64,000 nucleotides of DNA from Kiritimatiellia bacterium. GTDB lineage: Bacteria; Verrucomicrobiota; Kiritimatiellia; RFP12; JAAYLN01. How positions within the stretch are numbered: the stretch's first letter is position 1; each line of letters opens with the position of its first letter. Of the stretch, positions 26,418 to 34,122 are shown piece by piece. A program made the translations under genes and the position numbers. The notes beneath the pieces were generated by a model. It did no database searches. It saw nothing but the letters and a program-made list of their open reading frames with translations, and was not told the DNA's origin. The stretch covers positions 2,095 through 66,094 of the forward strand of contig JAGCUY010000070.1 of NCBI GenBank assembly GCA_017962605.1. The letters are read 5' to 3'.

Positions 26418-27676
26418 TATTCCCCCTCTAGCAGAAAGTCGTAGGCGTTGACTTGGTGGACGCCATTGTTCGAGGCTGGCAGATCCATGTCGAGCGTAAT
26501 CAGCGTCTTGGGGTAGTGGTCGCGTATCGCCAAAAGAGGCGCGTATTCGCGCATCCGCGTCGTTTCGTCCCGCACTGTCTCCGCAACCTGGTAATAGCGG
26601 ATGTCGTCGCCATCCCGCGTGACAAAATCGACTTCTCGGCCGTCATGTTGCCCAACCATGACATTTCCCGAACGGCGCAGCAACTCAAGATAGACGATAT
26701 TCTCCAGCATGCGCCCCGAATCGCCGGAACGGTTGCCCAGAAGACGGTAACGCAATCCCATGTCAACGGCATAGTATTTGCACCCGCTTGTGAGTACATC
26801 CCGTCCGCGAATGTCATAGCGCGGGGCCTTTAGGAAAAGGAAGGCGTCGCACAAGGCATCAACATAGCCCTCGACCGTGTTGCCGTTCGTCCTGGCACCG
26901 GCGGAGGAAAGCGAGGTGGCGATGTTCCTGAGGCTCGTCAGATTGCCGATATTGTCCAAGAGGAAACGAGCTATGCGGTCGACCAGCCCCGCGTCCGTCA
27001 TCTTCCGCCGTCGCAGAACATCCTTCACCAGAACGGTATTGTAGATGCCGTCAAGATACTCGCCTACAAGCCTCGCATCGCCCCGCAGTGACGGAACATA
27101 CGGAAAAGAACCGAAGCGAAGGTAATCTAGGTAATGACGGGTGTAGTCCCCTGTCGCGCCGATGGCGTTGCAGTATTCGCGGAATGACAGCGGCTGCATC
27201 TTGATTTCAACATAGCGGCCGGAGAGAAATGTCGCGAGGTCGCCTGAAAGCATGTTGGCGTTCGAACCCGTGACATAGACGTCGATGTTCTTGCGCGAAT
27301 GGAGTCCGTCAACCAGCTTCTCGAACTCCGGCAAACGCTGAACCTCGTCAAGGAAGACATATGTCTTTCCATGAGTGGCAATCTGCTGCTTGATGAGATT
27401 CCAAGCATCGCGCCATGACGAAAACTCCGGCGTATCGGGATCCTCGAAGTTGAGGGCGACAATCCGGCTGTCAGGTACGCCGGCGCGCTTCAAACTGTCA
27501 CGAAAGATTTCAAGGATCGTGGACTTTCCGCAACGGCGGACGCCTGTCACGACTTTGACAAGATCATGGTCTCGCCAATGTTCCAACTGGCGCACGTAAT
27601 ACGGCCTGCCGAAGATAGTCTTTTCGCTGTTGTCCATAAGCAACTTCCCGATATAAAAACACTTCAATTGAATCAC
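26417..27676 (-). CDS. AAA+ ATPase, AAA_14 + DUF4143 family
   Basis: Walker A GVRRCGKST, Walker B VFLDEVQ, and a C-terminal region typical of DUF4143 ATP-binding proteins. 1-nt overlap with the CARF gene. Confidence 0.65.
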   Translation of the reverse strand: MIQLKCFYIGKLLMDNSEKTIFGRPYYVRQLEHWRDHDLVKVVTGVRRCGKSTILEIFRDSLKRAGVPDSRIVALNFEDPDTPEFSSWRDAWNLIKQQIATHGKTYVFLDEVQRLPEFEKLVDGLHSRKNIDVYVTGSNANMLSGDLATFLSGRYVEIKMQPLSFREYCNAIGATGDYTRHYLDYLRFGSFPYVPSLRGDARLVGEYLDGIYNTVLVKDVLRRRKMTDAGLVDRIARFLLDNIGNLTSLRNIATSLSSAGARTNGNTVEGYVDALCDAFLFLKAPRYDIRGRDVLTSGCKYYAVDMGLRYRLLGNRSGDSGRMLENIVYLELLRRSGNVMVGQHDGREVDFVTRDGDDIRYYQVAETVRDETTRMREYAPLLAIRDHYPKTLITLDMDLPASNNGVHQVNAYDFLLEGE

Positions 27677-27734
27677 ATTTCATCGAGAAAGTCAAGAACT
27701 GCTAAAATATTTGAGCATTTTTAAATAAAACATG

Positions 27735-27762
27735 GGAAATGCTAATCTCGATTAGCATTTCA
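27735..27762 (-). terminator. perfect 11-bp inverted repeat (AAATGCTAATC-N3-GATTAGCATTT) followed by a T-rich tract on the minus strand
   Basis: Read directly. Sits at the 3' end of the ferredoxin-like gene and upstream of the DUF4143 ATPase gene. Could be a terminator or an operator. Confidence 0.3.
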
Positions 27763-28404
27763 CAGGCCATCCTCCATCGTAAGCGTGTGGCGGGGGCAGC
27801 GGTCTATGCAGCGGCGGCACTGGATGCAATCGGGGTTGCGGAAGAGTCCGTCCTGCGTGTCCTTGGGTGGGGTGAATCCGAAGGGGCAGACCCTTGAGCA
27901 GAGCCCGCATTTGACGCAGGTGTCCGCGACGCGGATGGCGGTGCGCTCGGGACGGATCGTCTTGTAGATTTTCCCCATCGGGCAGACGGAACACCAGAAC
28001 CAGCGGTTGAAGACAAGCCACCCGACAAGGCCTACCGTCGTAGTGATGGCGATCATGGCATAGAAGAGGAACCCCCAGCCGCGCACCGTTGATGGCCGCA
28101 TCCAGAGGTAAAGCCCCGCCACCATCGCCACCATGACGAAGAGCGATGTTTTCCGCGAAAGGAGTTTCGTCGGAACCTTGCGCCCGGTGTCGGGCAGCAG
28201 CGAATAGAACGCGCCCCGTGGGCAGAAGTTCCCGCACCCGTGCCGTCCGCCGTGCCGGAGCGCCCCGACAAGCCCCACCGCCACATTCACGAAAAGGCAG
28301 TAGGCGAGATACGGGTATTTCCATCCAAGCGCCAGGACGATTACAAACACCAGCGCCTTGATTCTGTCTTTGGTCTTCCTAGTCATGGTGGTTCTCGGCT
28401 TCAT
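27760..28404 (-). CDS. membrane-bound 4Fe-4S ferredoxin-type protein (NapH/MauN-like)
   Basis: Several TM helices plus two C-x2-C-x2-C-x3-CP clusters (CVKCGLCSRVCP, CIQCRRCIDRCP). Confidence 0.55.
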   Translation of the reverse strand: MKPRTTMTRKTKDRIKALVFVIVLALGWKYPYLAYCLFVNVAVGLVGALRHGGRHGCGNFCPRGAFYSLLPDTGRKVPTKLLSRKTSLFVMVAMVAGLYLWMRPSTVRGWGFLFYAMIAITTTVGLVGWLVFNRWFWCSVCPMGKIYKTIRPERTAIRVADTCVKCGLCSRVCPFGFTPPKDTQDGLFRNPDCIQCRRCIDRCPRHTLTMEDGL

Positions 28405-28559
28405 GAGGCGTTACGACTTCCCAATGACCGCCCTTGTCCGGACCGACGCGGCGGATAACGCCCGGTTGCTTCGCTGACCCGCGCCAATAGCGGGGGAGAA
28501 GTGAATTTGCCTCTCCAAATTCATGCCCGCGAAACGCATTTATTCTAGCACAATGCGCA

Positions 28560-28720
28560 TTAGGAAGCAAATGGAAGTTCTTGAAGTTGAAAAGTTGAGA
28601 GGTTGAAAGGTTGAAAAGTTGAAAAGTTAGGCGCTGACGCACGACAAATAATCTCACACAGAGGCACAAAGACACAGAGGAGAAGTTGAGAGGTTGAGAG
28701 GTGGGGCGAAAGGGCCATGC
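28560..28720. repeat. tandem octamer repeats (GTTGARAR)n with an embedded REP-like fragment (AGGCGCTGACGCACG)
   Basis: gaagttgaaaagttgagaggttgaaaggttgaaaagttgaaaagttaggcgctgacgc...gagaagttgagaggttgagaggtgggg. Confidence 0.75.
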
Positions 28721-28723
28721 CAC

Positions 28724-31519
28724 CTAGTGCATTTCCCTTGAGAGGGAGACGACTTCCATGAGGGTGCGGTCGTCGAGGCCGGCAAGCCAGCTGGCGCCGT
28801 CGGTCACGATGGTGCCTGCAAGCTGGCGCTTGCCGGAGATGAGGTCGTCAATTTTGGACTCAAGTGTCCCGTCGCAGATGAAGGTGTGGACGAAGACTGT
28901 CTTGGTCTGGCCTATGCGGTGGGCACGGTCGGTCGCCTGGCTCTCTGTCGCGGGATTCCACCAGCGGTCGTAGTGGAAGACGTGGTTGGCGCGGGTGAGG
29001 TCGAAGCCAAGTCCGCCCGCGCGGATTGAGATTAGGAAAATCGGCGGCCCCGACGGCTCCTGGAACTTGCGGACCATCTCGGCGCGGGCGGTGGCCGGAA
29101 CTCCACCGTGGAGGAAGGGGACCTCGAAGCCGAACTTCTCCGAGAGGTGGGCGGCCAGGAGGTGTCCGAAGGTAGCATACTGCGTGAATACGAGCGCCGC
29201 CTCGCCAGATGAGACAACCTGGTCGAGCATTTCGTCGAGCGTGGCGAGCTTGCCGGACTGCTCCGGGTCGAGCGTGCCCGAGCCGTCGGTGGGATAGTCG
29301 CAAATCTGCTTGAGGCGCGTAATGAGGGCGAGAACGGCCCCGCGCCTGGATATGCCTTGGCGTCCGGCGAGGTCCTTTTCGGCTGCGGCTGTCTCGGCGG
29401 CGTAGAGCGACGCCTGCGCGACGGTGAGATGGCAGAAGACCTTCTCCTCGACCTTGTCGGGGAGTCCGGCGGCGATTTCCGGGTCGGCCTTGACGCGCCT
29501 CAAAACGAATGGCGCGACAATGCGGCGCAGCTGCGTGGCGGCCTCAGCGCTGGCGTCTGCCGGCGCGGCGGAGCCGAACTTGCGTTCGAACTCGGACTTG
29601 CCGGGGAGAAGCCCGCGGTTGACGAAGTCCATGATGGCCCAGATGTCGGTGATGCCGTTCTCGACGGGCGTGCCGGTGATGGCGAGCCGCCAGGAGGCGT
29701 CGAGCGAACGCGCCGCGCGCGACTTCATTGTCTCGGGGTTCTTGATGTTCTGCGCCTCGTCGAGTGCGACAATCGCCCAGCGGATCTGCCCTATGGACTC
29801 AATCTCCGCCGCGAGCATCTGGTAGCTGGTGATGCAGATGTCCTTCCTGTTGGCCTTCGCAATGAAGTCTGCGCCGTGGGGGCGCTCAAGGCCGTGGTAT
29901 ATCCACGACGAGAGCGATGGGGCAAAGCGCCGCGCCTCATGGAGCCACTTGAGCATGATCGACATCGGGCATACCACGAGGAAGGGGCCGGTCACGCCGT
30001 CGCGGCGCGCGTCGAGGAATGAGACAATCGCCTCGATTGTCTTGCCGAGGCCCATGTCGTCGGCCAGGCATGCGCCAAAGCCCGACCTGCGCAAATAGGA
30101 GAGCCAGTCCAGCCCCTGCCGCTGGTAGGGGCGCAGCGAGCCGGCGAAGTCATCCGGAACTGCGACCTGCTTCAGCCTGCCGCCTCCGCGCAGCGGTGCA
30201 GTGAGGCGACGCGCCTCCGCAGGCAGCGCCGCATCCGGGACCTCAACGGAAATCTCGCCGCCTACGCCCATGCCGAGACGCACAAGGTCGCGCAGGCTCG
30301 TCGTGCGGCTGGCAAGCGTGGCGAGGGTGGATGCGGCCTCCTTGACCAGTTCGGGATCGACATTCATCCACTTGCCGCCGATTTTGGCGACGGGGACTTC
30401 GTTCTCCGCGATCCACTTCAGCTCGCGGGCGGAGATGCCTGTGCCGCCAAGGACGACCTCCCACTTGACATTGACGATGGAGTCGAGGGAGAAGGCGCCC
30501 TCGCGGTGGATGCGTTCAGCCGACACGGCGCGGATGAAGGGGCGTCTCGCGGAGGCGGGCTTCCACCAGCGCGGCGCGAAGACGGGGAACCCGGCGGCGG
30601 CGAGGCGCGGCATCGCCGACTCCATGAAGGAGCGGAGGGCCGCGCCGTCGAGAGTCGCGGCGGCGAAGCGTCCGGCTGAGCCGCCGTCCTCATCCGAGAG
30701 GCCGTGGAAGAGGCGCGAAGCGCCGCCGAGGGCCAGGAGGATGCGGCGTGCTGCGGCGGGGCCGATTTCATCGAGCAGCTTGCGCGTTACGGGGCGCGCG
30801 GAGGAGTCGGTAATCGCCACTGGGACAAGCCGCCAGAGCGGGCTGACGGAATCGCTGCCGGTGGGGTCGGCGATTTTGAAGCCGAGCGCGGGGGATTCGC
30901 ACTGCGCGGGCATGGCCTGGCCGCGCCAGGTTTCGAGCGATGATGCGAGTTTGGCTAGGTCGGCGTCGCTGCCGACGGCGACCTCGCCATTAGGCGTGGC
31001 CAGAGACGCGAGGAAGAAGGAGTGCGGGTTGCTTGGTGAGAAGCGCTCGAGGAGCAGGCTCTTGAAGGGAAGGCAGAACTTCCGCATCTGGATATCGACG
31101 GCGTCGAGGAAGAATGCGTAGGGGGCGGATACGCAGGACAGAGCCTGCGAATCAGGACAGGAGGGTGAGGGAACGCAGGACGGAGCCGGAGAATCAGGAC
31201 GGGAGACGACGGACTCAGGGCGGAAGGCGCTGGCCGCAGCCTCGCAGAGGGTGGCGAGGCGGGCGCGGTCGGCGGCGCAGAGCAGGGGCGTCCAGCGGCT
31301 GCGGCGGCCGCTCAGCGAGGGCAGAACGCATTTCGCCTCAATGGCCTCGGTGGCGAAGCGCCAGAGCGCGGCGAGGGCCTTGAGGTCTGCGCCGAGTTCG
31401 GTGCCTTCCGGCGGCTTCGCGAAGAGCGCTGCCGGATTGGGGCAGGGGACGGGGCGTTGCGCCCCTTCCTTCCACACCCAGAGGCGTCCGCGAGTCCAAT
31501 TGCCGTGAAGGATGTCCAT
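28724..31519 (-). CDS. SNF2-family helicase (RapA/HepA-like) with long N-terminal region
   Basis: DEXD box (LADDMGLGKTIEAI, DEAQNIKN) and helicase-C motifs (GGLGFDLTRANHVFHYDRWWNPATESQATDRAHRIGQ). Confidence 0.8.
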   Translation of the reverse strand: MDILHGNWTRGRLWVWKEGAQRPVPCPNPAALFAKPPEGTELGADLKALAALWRFATEAIEAKCVLPSLSGRRSRWTPLLCAADRARLATLCEAAASAFRPESVVSRPDSPAPSCVPSPSCPDSQALSCVSAPYAFFLDAVDIQMRKFCLPFKSLLLERFSPSNPHSFFLASLATPNGEVAVGSDADLAKLASSLETWRGQAMPAQCESPALGFKIADPTGSDSVSPLWRLVPVAITDSSARPVTRKLLDEIGPAAARRILLALGGASRLFHGLSDEDGGSAGRFAAATLDGAALRSFMESAMPRLAAAGFPVFAPRWWKPASARRPFIRAVSAERIHREGAFSLDSIVNVKWEVVLGGTGISARELKWIAENEVPVAKIGGKWMNVDPELVKEAASTLATLASRTTSLRDLVRLGMGVGGEISVEVPDAALPAEARRLTAPLRGGGRLKQVAVPDDFAGSLRPYQRQGLDWLSYLRRSGFGACLADDMGLGKTIEAIVSFLDARRDGVTGPFLVVCPMSIMLKWLHEARRFAPSLSSWIYHGLERPHGADFIAKANRKDICITSYQMLAAEIESIGQIRWAIVALDEAQNIKNPETMKSRAARSLDASWRLAITGTPVENGITDIWAIMDFVNRGLLPGKSEFERKFGSAAPADASAEAATQLRRIVAPFVLRRVKADPEIAAGLPDKVEEKVFCHLTVAQASLYAAETAAAEKDLAGRQGISRRGAVLALITRLKQICDYPTDGSGTLDPEQSGKLATLDEMLDQVVSSGEAALVFTQYATFGHLLAAHLSEKFGFEVPFLHGGVPATARAEMVRKFQEPSGPPIFLISIRAGGLGFDLTRANHVFHYDRWWNPATESQATDRAHRIGQTKTVFVHTFICDGTLESKIDDLISGKRQLAGTIVTDGASWLAGLDDRTLMEVVSLSREMH
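31120..31225. repeat. in-frame tandem repeats (GGACGGAGCCGGAGAATCAGGAC-type) inside the SNF2 gene, encoding SRPDSPAPSCVPSPSCPDSQALSCV
   Basis: Same repeat family as 33075-33205, 33580-33675 and 35785-35875. Confidence 0.7.
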
Positions 31520-31520
31520 T

Positions 31521-32966
31521 TTACCGCCGTTTGACGGCGGTGCCGCCGCTCAGTTTTGCCACGAGGTCGTAGCCTTCGTGGCCGGTGATTTCGACTTCGG
31601 CAAAGTCGCCAGGCCGGAGGCTGGCGGGAGGATTTGCAATCAGCGTGGCGCCATCGACGTCGGGCGCCTGGAATTCGGCGCGGGCGACGGCGCGGTCGCC
31701 GTCAACTTGCTCGACGAGGACGCGGGCGCGGATGCCGGCCATCGAGGCGAGACGGCGCTCCACGATCTCCTGCTGAGCCTCCATGAGACGGCTGCGGCGG
31801 AGCTCGGCCATTTCCGGCGCGACGGTGCCGTCCATCTTCGCGGCCGGAGTGCCCTCTTCGGGCGAGAAGGTGAATACGCCAAGCTGGTCGAACTCCGAGG
31901 CGCGGACGAAGTCGAGGAGGTGCTCGAAGTGGGCCTCGGTCTCGCCGGGGAAGCCGACGATGAAGGTGGTGCGCAGGGCGATACCTGGGACGGCGGCGCG
32001 GAGGCGGCCGACGATGGAGCCGATGTGGCGCACTGTGTCGGCGCGGCGCATGGCGCGTAGCATCTCAGGGTGGCTGTGCTGGAGCGGGAGGTCGATGTAG
32101 CGGCAGACATGGCGGGCGGAGGCCATGACGGAGAGAAGTTCGTCGCTGATGAGCGACGGATAGCCGTAGAGGAGGCGGAGCCAGAAGTCGCCGCGAATCC
32201 GGTCGAGGCTGGTGAGGAGCGAGGCGAGCGATGTGCCGTCGCGCAGGTCGCGGCCGTAGGCGGTGACATCCTGCGCGACGACATCGAGTTCGCGGATGCC
32301 GGAGCGGACTAGCGCCCTGGCCTCGGCAAGTATGTCGCGAGGCCGGCGCGAGCGCAGATGGCCGCGGATGGCGGGGATGGCGCAGTAGGCGCATGCGTGG
32401 TTGCAGCCATCGGCGACCTTGAGGAAGGCGTGGACTCCGCCGGTGATGGTGAAGTCGGGAACTGGCGGCTCAAAGAGGGTGTCGCGGGCGGTGGAGACGA
32501 GGACGGGGGCGGCCGCTGGCGCGGCCGCCGTGGAAGGCGCGGTTTGAAGAACCGCGCCGACAAGACGGGAGGCGACAGACTTAGGACGGTCGGGAGCTGA
32601 GAGGGAGCGGAGAAGTGCGGGGAGGTCGAAGAGGTGGTCTATGCCGAGCCAGCCATCGACTTCCGGGTATTTGGCGGCGAGGGAGGCTCCGTAGCGCTGC
32701 GGAAGGCAACCTGTAACAACGACGAACCGCGCCTTGCCCGAACGCTTGAGGTCGCATGCGCGGAGAATTTCGTCGTTGGCCTCCTGTCGTGCCGCCTCAA
32801 TGAAGGCGCATGTGTTCACGAGAATGCAGTCGGCGCGATCAGGATTTGACGACAGCGCGATGCCCTCTGTGAGGAGGGCGCCTGCCATTACCTGAAGATC
32901 GACGGCGTTCTTGGCGCAGCCCAGGCTGACAAGCCCCACCGAAAACTGGCGCCTTTTATTCGGCAT
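31521..32966 (-). CDS. rimO: ribosomal protein S12 methylthiotransferase (MiaB-family radical SAM MTTase)
   Basis: MTTase N-domain, radical-SAM CxxxCxxC (DGCNHACAYCAIP), C-terminal TRAM. Carries a Pro/Ala-rich insertion that contains the hairpin repeat element. Confidence 0.7.
   Translation of the reverse strand: MPNKRRQFSVGLVSLGCAKNAVDLQVMAGALLTEGIALSSNPDRADCILVNTCAFIEAARQEANDEILRACDLKRSGKARFVVVTGCLPQRYGASLAAKYPEVDGWLGIDHLFDLPALLRSLSAPDRPKSVASRLVGAVLQTAPSTAAAPAAAPVLVSTARDTLFEPPVPDFTITGGVHAFLKVADGCNHACAYCAIPAIRGHLRSRRPRDILAEARALVRSGIRELDVVAQDVTAYGRDLRDGTSLASLLTSLDRIRGDFWLRLLYGYPSLISDELLSVMASARHVCRYIDLPLQHSHPEMLRAMRRADTVRHIGSIVGRLRAAVPGIALRTTFIVGFPGETEAHFEHLLDFVRASEFDQLGVFTFSPEEGTPAAKMDGTVAPEMAELRRSRLMEAQQEIVERRLASMAGIRARVLVEQVDGDRAVARAEFQAPDVDGATLIANPPASLRPGDFAEVEITGHEGYDLVAKLSGGTAVKRR
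32527..32590. repeat. GC-rich hairpin repeat element (GGCGCGGTT-TGAAG-AACCGCGCC core), copy 1, in frame within rimO
   Basis: gccgtggaaggcgcggtttgaagaaccgcgccgacaagacgggaggcgacag. Encodes ASRLVGAVLQTAPSTA on the minus strand. Confidence 0.8.
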
Positions 32967-33972
32967 AGCTGTCGGGGGGTGGAAGAAGGTTGTCGGTGAG
33001 GGCGCTGCCGACTATGGTGATTCGGGCCTGTGAACTGGGGGCATCCAGGCTTTCGCTAGCAGGTTCGGCAGATTCGGCTACGGTGGACGGAGCCGGTGGG
33101 GCAGGAGGTGTGGGCGTGGCTACGCTGGACGGAGCCGGCGAATCAGGTTGGGGGGCCACGGCTATGTTGGATGGAGCCGGTGAATCTGGATTGGAGGGTT
33201 CGGGGCCGCCGATGGAGAGCGTGCAGATCCAGGCTGCGGCGGCCAAAACCAGCACTGCCGCGCATGCACGCTGGAAAAGGGGAGTGCGCGCAATGCGGCC
33301 AGCGGCTGTGATGGCTTGCGAGAGGATGGCCTTGGCCTGTGAACTGAGGGCCTTCGTGCGATTGCGGGAAGGCGCAGTTACGCGGGACGGGGCTGGCGAC
33401 TCAGGCCGCGAGGGGGCGACCTCTGGCGCGACCGCCGTGGCAGGCGCGGTTTGAAGAACCGCGCCGACAGGACGGGAACCGACAGAATCAGGGCGAGTGG
33501 GGGCGGGGGGTGGAGTTGGGCGCGGTGTTTCCTCGAAGAGATCGCCTTGGGCCTGTGTGCTGGCGCTTGTGGGCGCGGATACGCTGGACGGAGCTGGGGA
33601 ATCAGGATGGGAGGGAGATACGCGGGACGGAGCCCGCGAATCAGGACGGGAAGGGGCTGGCTCAGGGCGGGCGGGGGCGCGGTGGCTGGAGAACTTCTGC
33701 GGCGGGGCCTTGGTCTTGGGCAGGGCGGTGTGGGCCTCTACCCATGCCTGGTATTCCTGTGCGAATGTTTCGCGGAGGGGGGCGGCGTCCACGCCGTAGT
33801 ATTTGGCGAGGATTTTTATGAAGCCGCTGCCGTAAATGGCCGCAGAGATTCTGGAATAGTCGCCGGCCTCAAATTCCCTGAGGACATGCGGGCCGATGTG
33901 GGTTTCCTCGGAAAGCTTTTCAATCGTGAGGCCTTTTGCCTCGCGCAGTTTTACAAGTTCAGTGCCTAACAT
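32956..33972 (-). CDS. RodZ-like protein: N-terminal XRE-type HTH, Pro-rich linker, one TM, periplasmic C-terminus
   Basis: MLGTELVKLREAKGLTIEKLSEETHIGPHVLREFEAGDY resembles the RodZ/HTH_25 N-terminus. TM LFQRACAAVLVLAAAAWICTL. Linkers are built from the repeat elements. Confidence 0.5.
   Translation of the reverse strand: MLGTELVKLREAKGLTIEKLSEETHIGPHVLREFEAGDYSRISAAIYGSGFIKILAKYYGVDAAPLRETFAQEYQAWVEAHTALPKTKAPPQKFSSHRAPARPEPAPSRPDSRAPSRVSPSHPDSPAPSSVSAPTSASTQAQGDLFEETPRPTPPPAPTRPDSVGSRPVGAVLQTAPATAVAPEVAPSRPESPAPSRVTAPSRNRTKALSSQAKAILSQAITAAGRIARTPLFQRACAAVLVLAAAAWICTLSIGGPEPSNPDSPAPSNIAVAPQPDSPAPSSVATPTPPAPPAPSTVAESAEPASESLDAPSSQARITIVGSALTDNLLPPPDSYAE
33075..33205. repeat. in-frame tandem repeats (GGACGGAGCCGGYGAATCAGG) inside the rodZ-like gene
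   Basis: ctacggtggacggagccggtggggcagg...gctggacggagccggcgaatcaggttgggg...ggatggagccggtgaatctggattggaggg. Confidence 0.7.
33434..33477. repeat. GC-rich hairpin repeat element, copy 2, in frame within the rodZ-like gene
   Basis: gccgtggcaggcgcggtttgaagaaccgcgccgacaggacggga. Encodes SRPVGAVLQTAPATA. Confidence 0.8.
33580..33675. repeat. in-frame tandem repeats (GGACGGAGCYSGGGAATCAGGA) inside the rodZ-like gene
   Basis: gatacgctggacggagctggggaatcaggatgggagggagatacgcgggacggagcccgcgaatcaggacgggaagggg. Confidence 0.7.
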
Positions 33973-33985
33973 GGGATGGTGAGGG

Positions 33986-34120
33986 GAGGTTTAGAAGTTT
34001 AGAAGTTTGGCGCAAGCGCCTTGGATGTTTAGAAGTTTGGCGCTGACGCGCCTGGGAGGTTTGGCGCTGACGCGCCTTGGAGGTTTAGATGTTTAGAAGT
34101 TGGGAGGATGGGAAGTTGGG
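33986..34120. repeat. intergenic composite repeat: (GTTTAGAA)n octamers plus REP-like palindromes GGCGCTGACGCGCC x2, copy B of the 11878-11946 element
   Basis: aggtttagaagtttagaagtttggcgcaagcgccttggatgtttagaagtttggcgctgacgcgcctgggaggtttggcgctgacgcgccttggaggtttagatgtttagaagttggg. Confidence 0.7.
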
Positions 34121-34122
34121 GG

